Origin: an uncultured Lachnospiraceae bacterium
GTDB lineage: Bacteria > Bacillota > Clostridia > Lachnospirales > Lachnospiraceae
Direction of reading: 5' to 3'
Length of the DNA: 64,000 nt
Assembly: GCA_902796005.1 (NCBI GenBank)
Contig: CADBNF010000023.1
Location: forward strand, 7,731-71,730
Position numbers and translations under genes: made by a program. Within the stretch, counting starts at the first letter, position 1. Every line of letters starts with the position of its first letter. Of the stretch, positions 63,018 through 64,000 are shown piece after piece. Under the pieces are notes generated by a model. That model was not told the DNA's origin. It was given only the letters and a program-made list of their open reading frames with translations, and made no database searches.

Positions 63018-64000
63018 TTACGCTTCCGGACTTCCGTCTTTTGCGGAAGCGGCCTTCAGCATGATTTCATTGCTCCTGGCAATGAACTTCGTCATCTGCT
63101 CCGCCGTCAGGGGCTGGCTGGAAAGCAGCGCCAGGTCGTAGAGCTGCTCGCAGTAGATGCCGATGCCCTCGTCATCCTTGTGGGCCAGCACATACTGCAC
63201 CATGGGGTTGCGGCCGTTTAAGACCAGGGTCATGTTCGGTTTGAACATGTCGGCCTTGCCGTAGCGCTTCATGGAATCCGCCAGTCTTCTCTCCCGCTCC
63301 AGCATGGTCATCACCGATGCGATGTTGTCATTCTTCAGGTTCCGCACCTGAACCTCCTGCTCCTCCTTGCCCAGGACCTTTTTGAACAGGGCGCTCATGG
63401 CCTTGCTTTCATCCCTGCGGTTGTCGGAATCGGAGCGGATGTCCTCAGCGATCTCGGAGTCGATGCGCTCGAAACGGACCTCGGTGTGTTTTCTTTCCAC
63501 CAGGCCGATATAGCCGGCGTCGATTTCATTGCCCAGGATAACGGCTTCCTTGCCCTGCTCCTTAAACAGGTTGATGTACTGGCTCTGCTGCTGCAGGTCG
63601 GAGACATAGTAGAGGGTGTATCTTTCCGCTTCTTCCTTCTCTTCGGCTTTTTCGCCTTCTTCACCCTCTTCCTTCTTCTCCTCTTCGGCTGCGCCGTCGG
63701 CCTCTTCCTCTGCCATCTTTTTGGCCTTCGCGTCGCCCTTTTCGATTTCGATGAGCTCCTCCAGGGTCTGGTATTCGTCCTCAATATCCTTGAAGAGGAC
63801 ATAATCCATCATCCTGTCGCAGAATTTCTCGTCCTTCAGGCAGCCGTATTTGATGAAGGGATCGATGCCGTCCCAGTATTTTTCATAATTCTCCCTGTCA
63901 GTCTTGCACATGCCGGACAGCTTGTCCGCCACCTTTTTGGAGATGTACTCGGAAATCTTCTGCACAAAGCCGTCGTTCTGCAGGGCGCTCCTGGACACGT
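63018..64000 (-). CDS. htpG: Molecular chaperone HtpG (Hsp90), C-terminal ~327 codons; the 5' end lies beyond the window end
   Basis: The frame is open to the window edge; the track's start at 63998 is an in-frame GTG. HtpG middle/C-terminal blocks (SRSALQNDGFVQKI...DRENYEKYWDGIDPFIKYGCLKDEKF...TLYYVSD...) with a Glu/Lys-rich insert. Confidence 0.85.
   Translation of the reverse strand, partial: VSRSALQNDGFVQKISEYISKKVADKLSGMCKTDRENYEKYWDGIDPFIKYGCLKDEKFCDRMMDYVLFKDIEDEYQTLEELIEIEKGDAKAKKMAEEEADGAAEEEKKEEGEEGEKAEEKEEAERYTLYYVSDLQQQSQYINLFKEQGKEAVILGNEIDAGYIGLVERKHTEVRFERIDSEIAEDIRSDSDNRRDESKAMSALFKKVLGKEEQEVQVRNLKNDNIASVMTMLERERRLADSMKRYGKADMFKPNMTLVLNGRNPMVQYVLAHKDDEGIGIYCEQLYDLALLSSQPLTAEQMTKFIARSNEIMLKAASAKDGSPEA

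Overview
This is a dense, visibly GC-rich chromosomal segment of Firmicutes/Clostridia style. Supporting signs are SigA-like -35/-10 promoters (often with a TGn extended -10), GGAGG-type ribosome-binding sites (SD), ptb-buk, an LCP ligase and an FtsW/RodA/SpoVE-family gene. I annotate 52 CDS (2 cut by the window edges) and 2 tRNAs. 46 CDS and both tRNAs are on the minus strand, and intergenic gaps are very short.

Most content is housekeeping: addB (partial, missing from the supplied ORF track), topB, asd, argH, queH, azlCD, an aldehyde dehydrogenase with ptb-buk, recO-era, an M16 peptidase, gltX-helicase-polA-coaE, acpP, rpsF-rpsR, a csp gene, gdhA, hppA and htpG (partial). I saw no transposase, integrase, phage gene, CRISPR array or recognisable defence gene.

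The accessory-looking patches, in my order of interest:
1. A co-operonic pair of lipoprotein peptidases at 52.1-57.8 kb: a 1353-aa clostripain-like C11 protein with five tandem C-terminal modules, plus an HEYQH metallopeptidase-like protein.
2. A vanZ / WYL-regulator / type-B carboxylesterase operon, with a divergent stand-alone LexA-N-like wHTH gene (15.8-19.2 kb).
3. A marR-ABC-ABC operon whose leader consists of five exactly phased 15-bp tandem repeats placed right after a consensus promoter (26.26-26.36 kb).
4. A cell-wall glycopolymer cluster with an LCP ligase but no visible exporter (31-39 kb).
5. Several structured leaders (csp, the aldehyde dehydrogenase operon, rpsF).

All family calls come from motif recognition by eye. 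No searches were run, and none of the candidate systems is proven.
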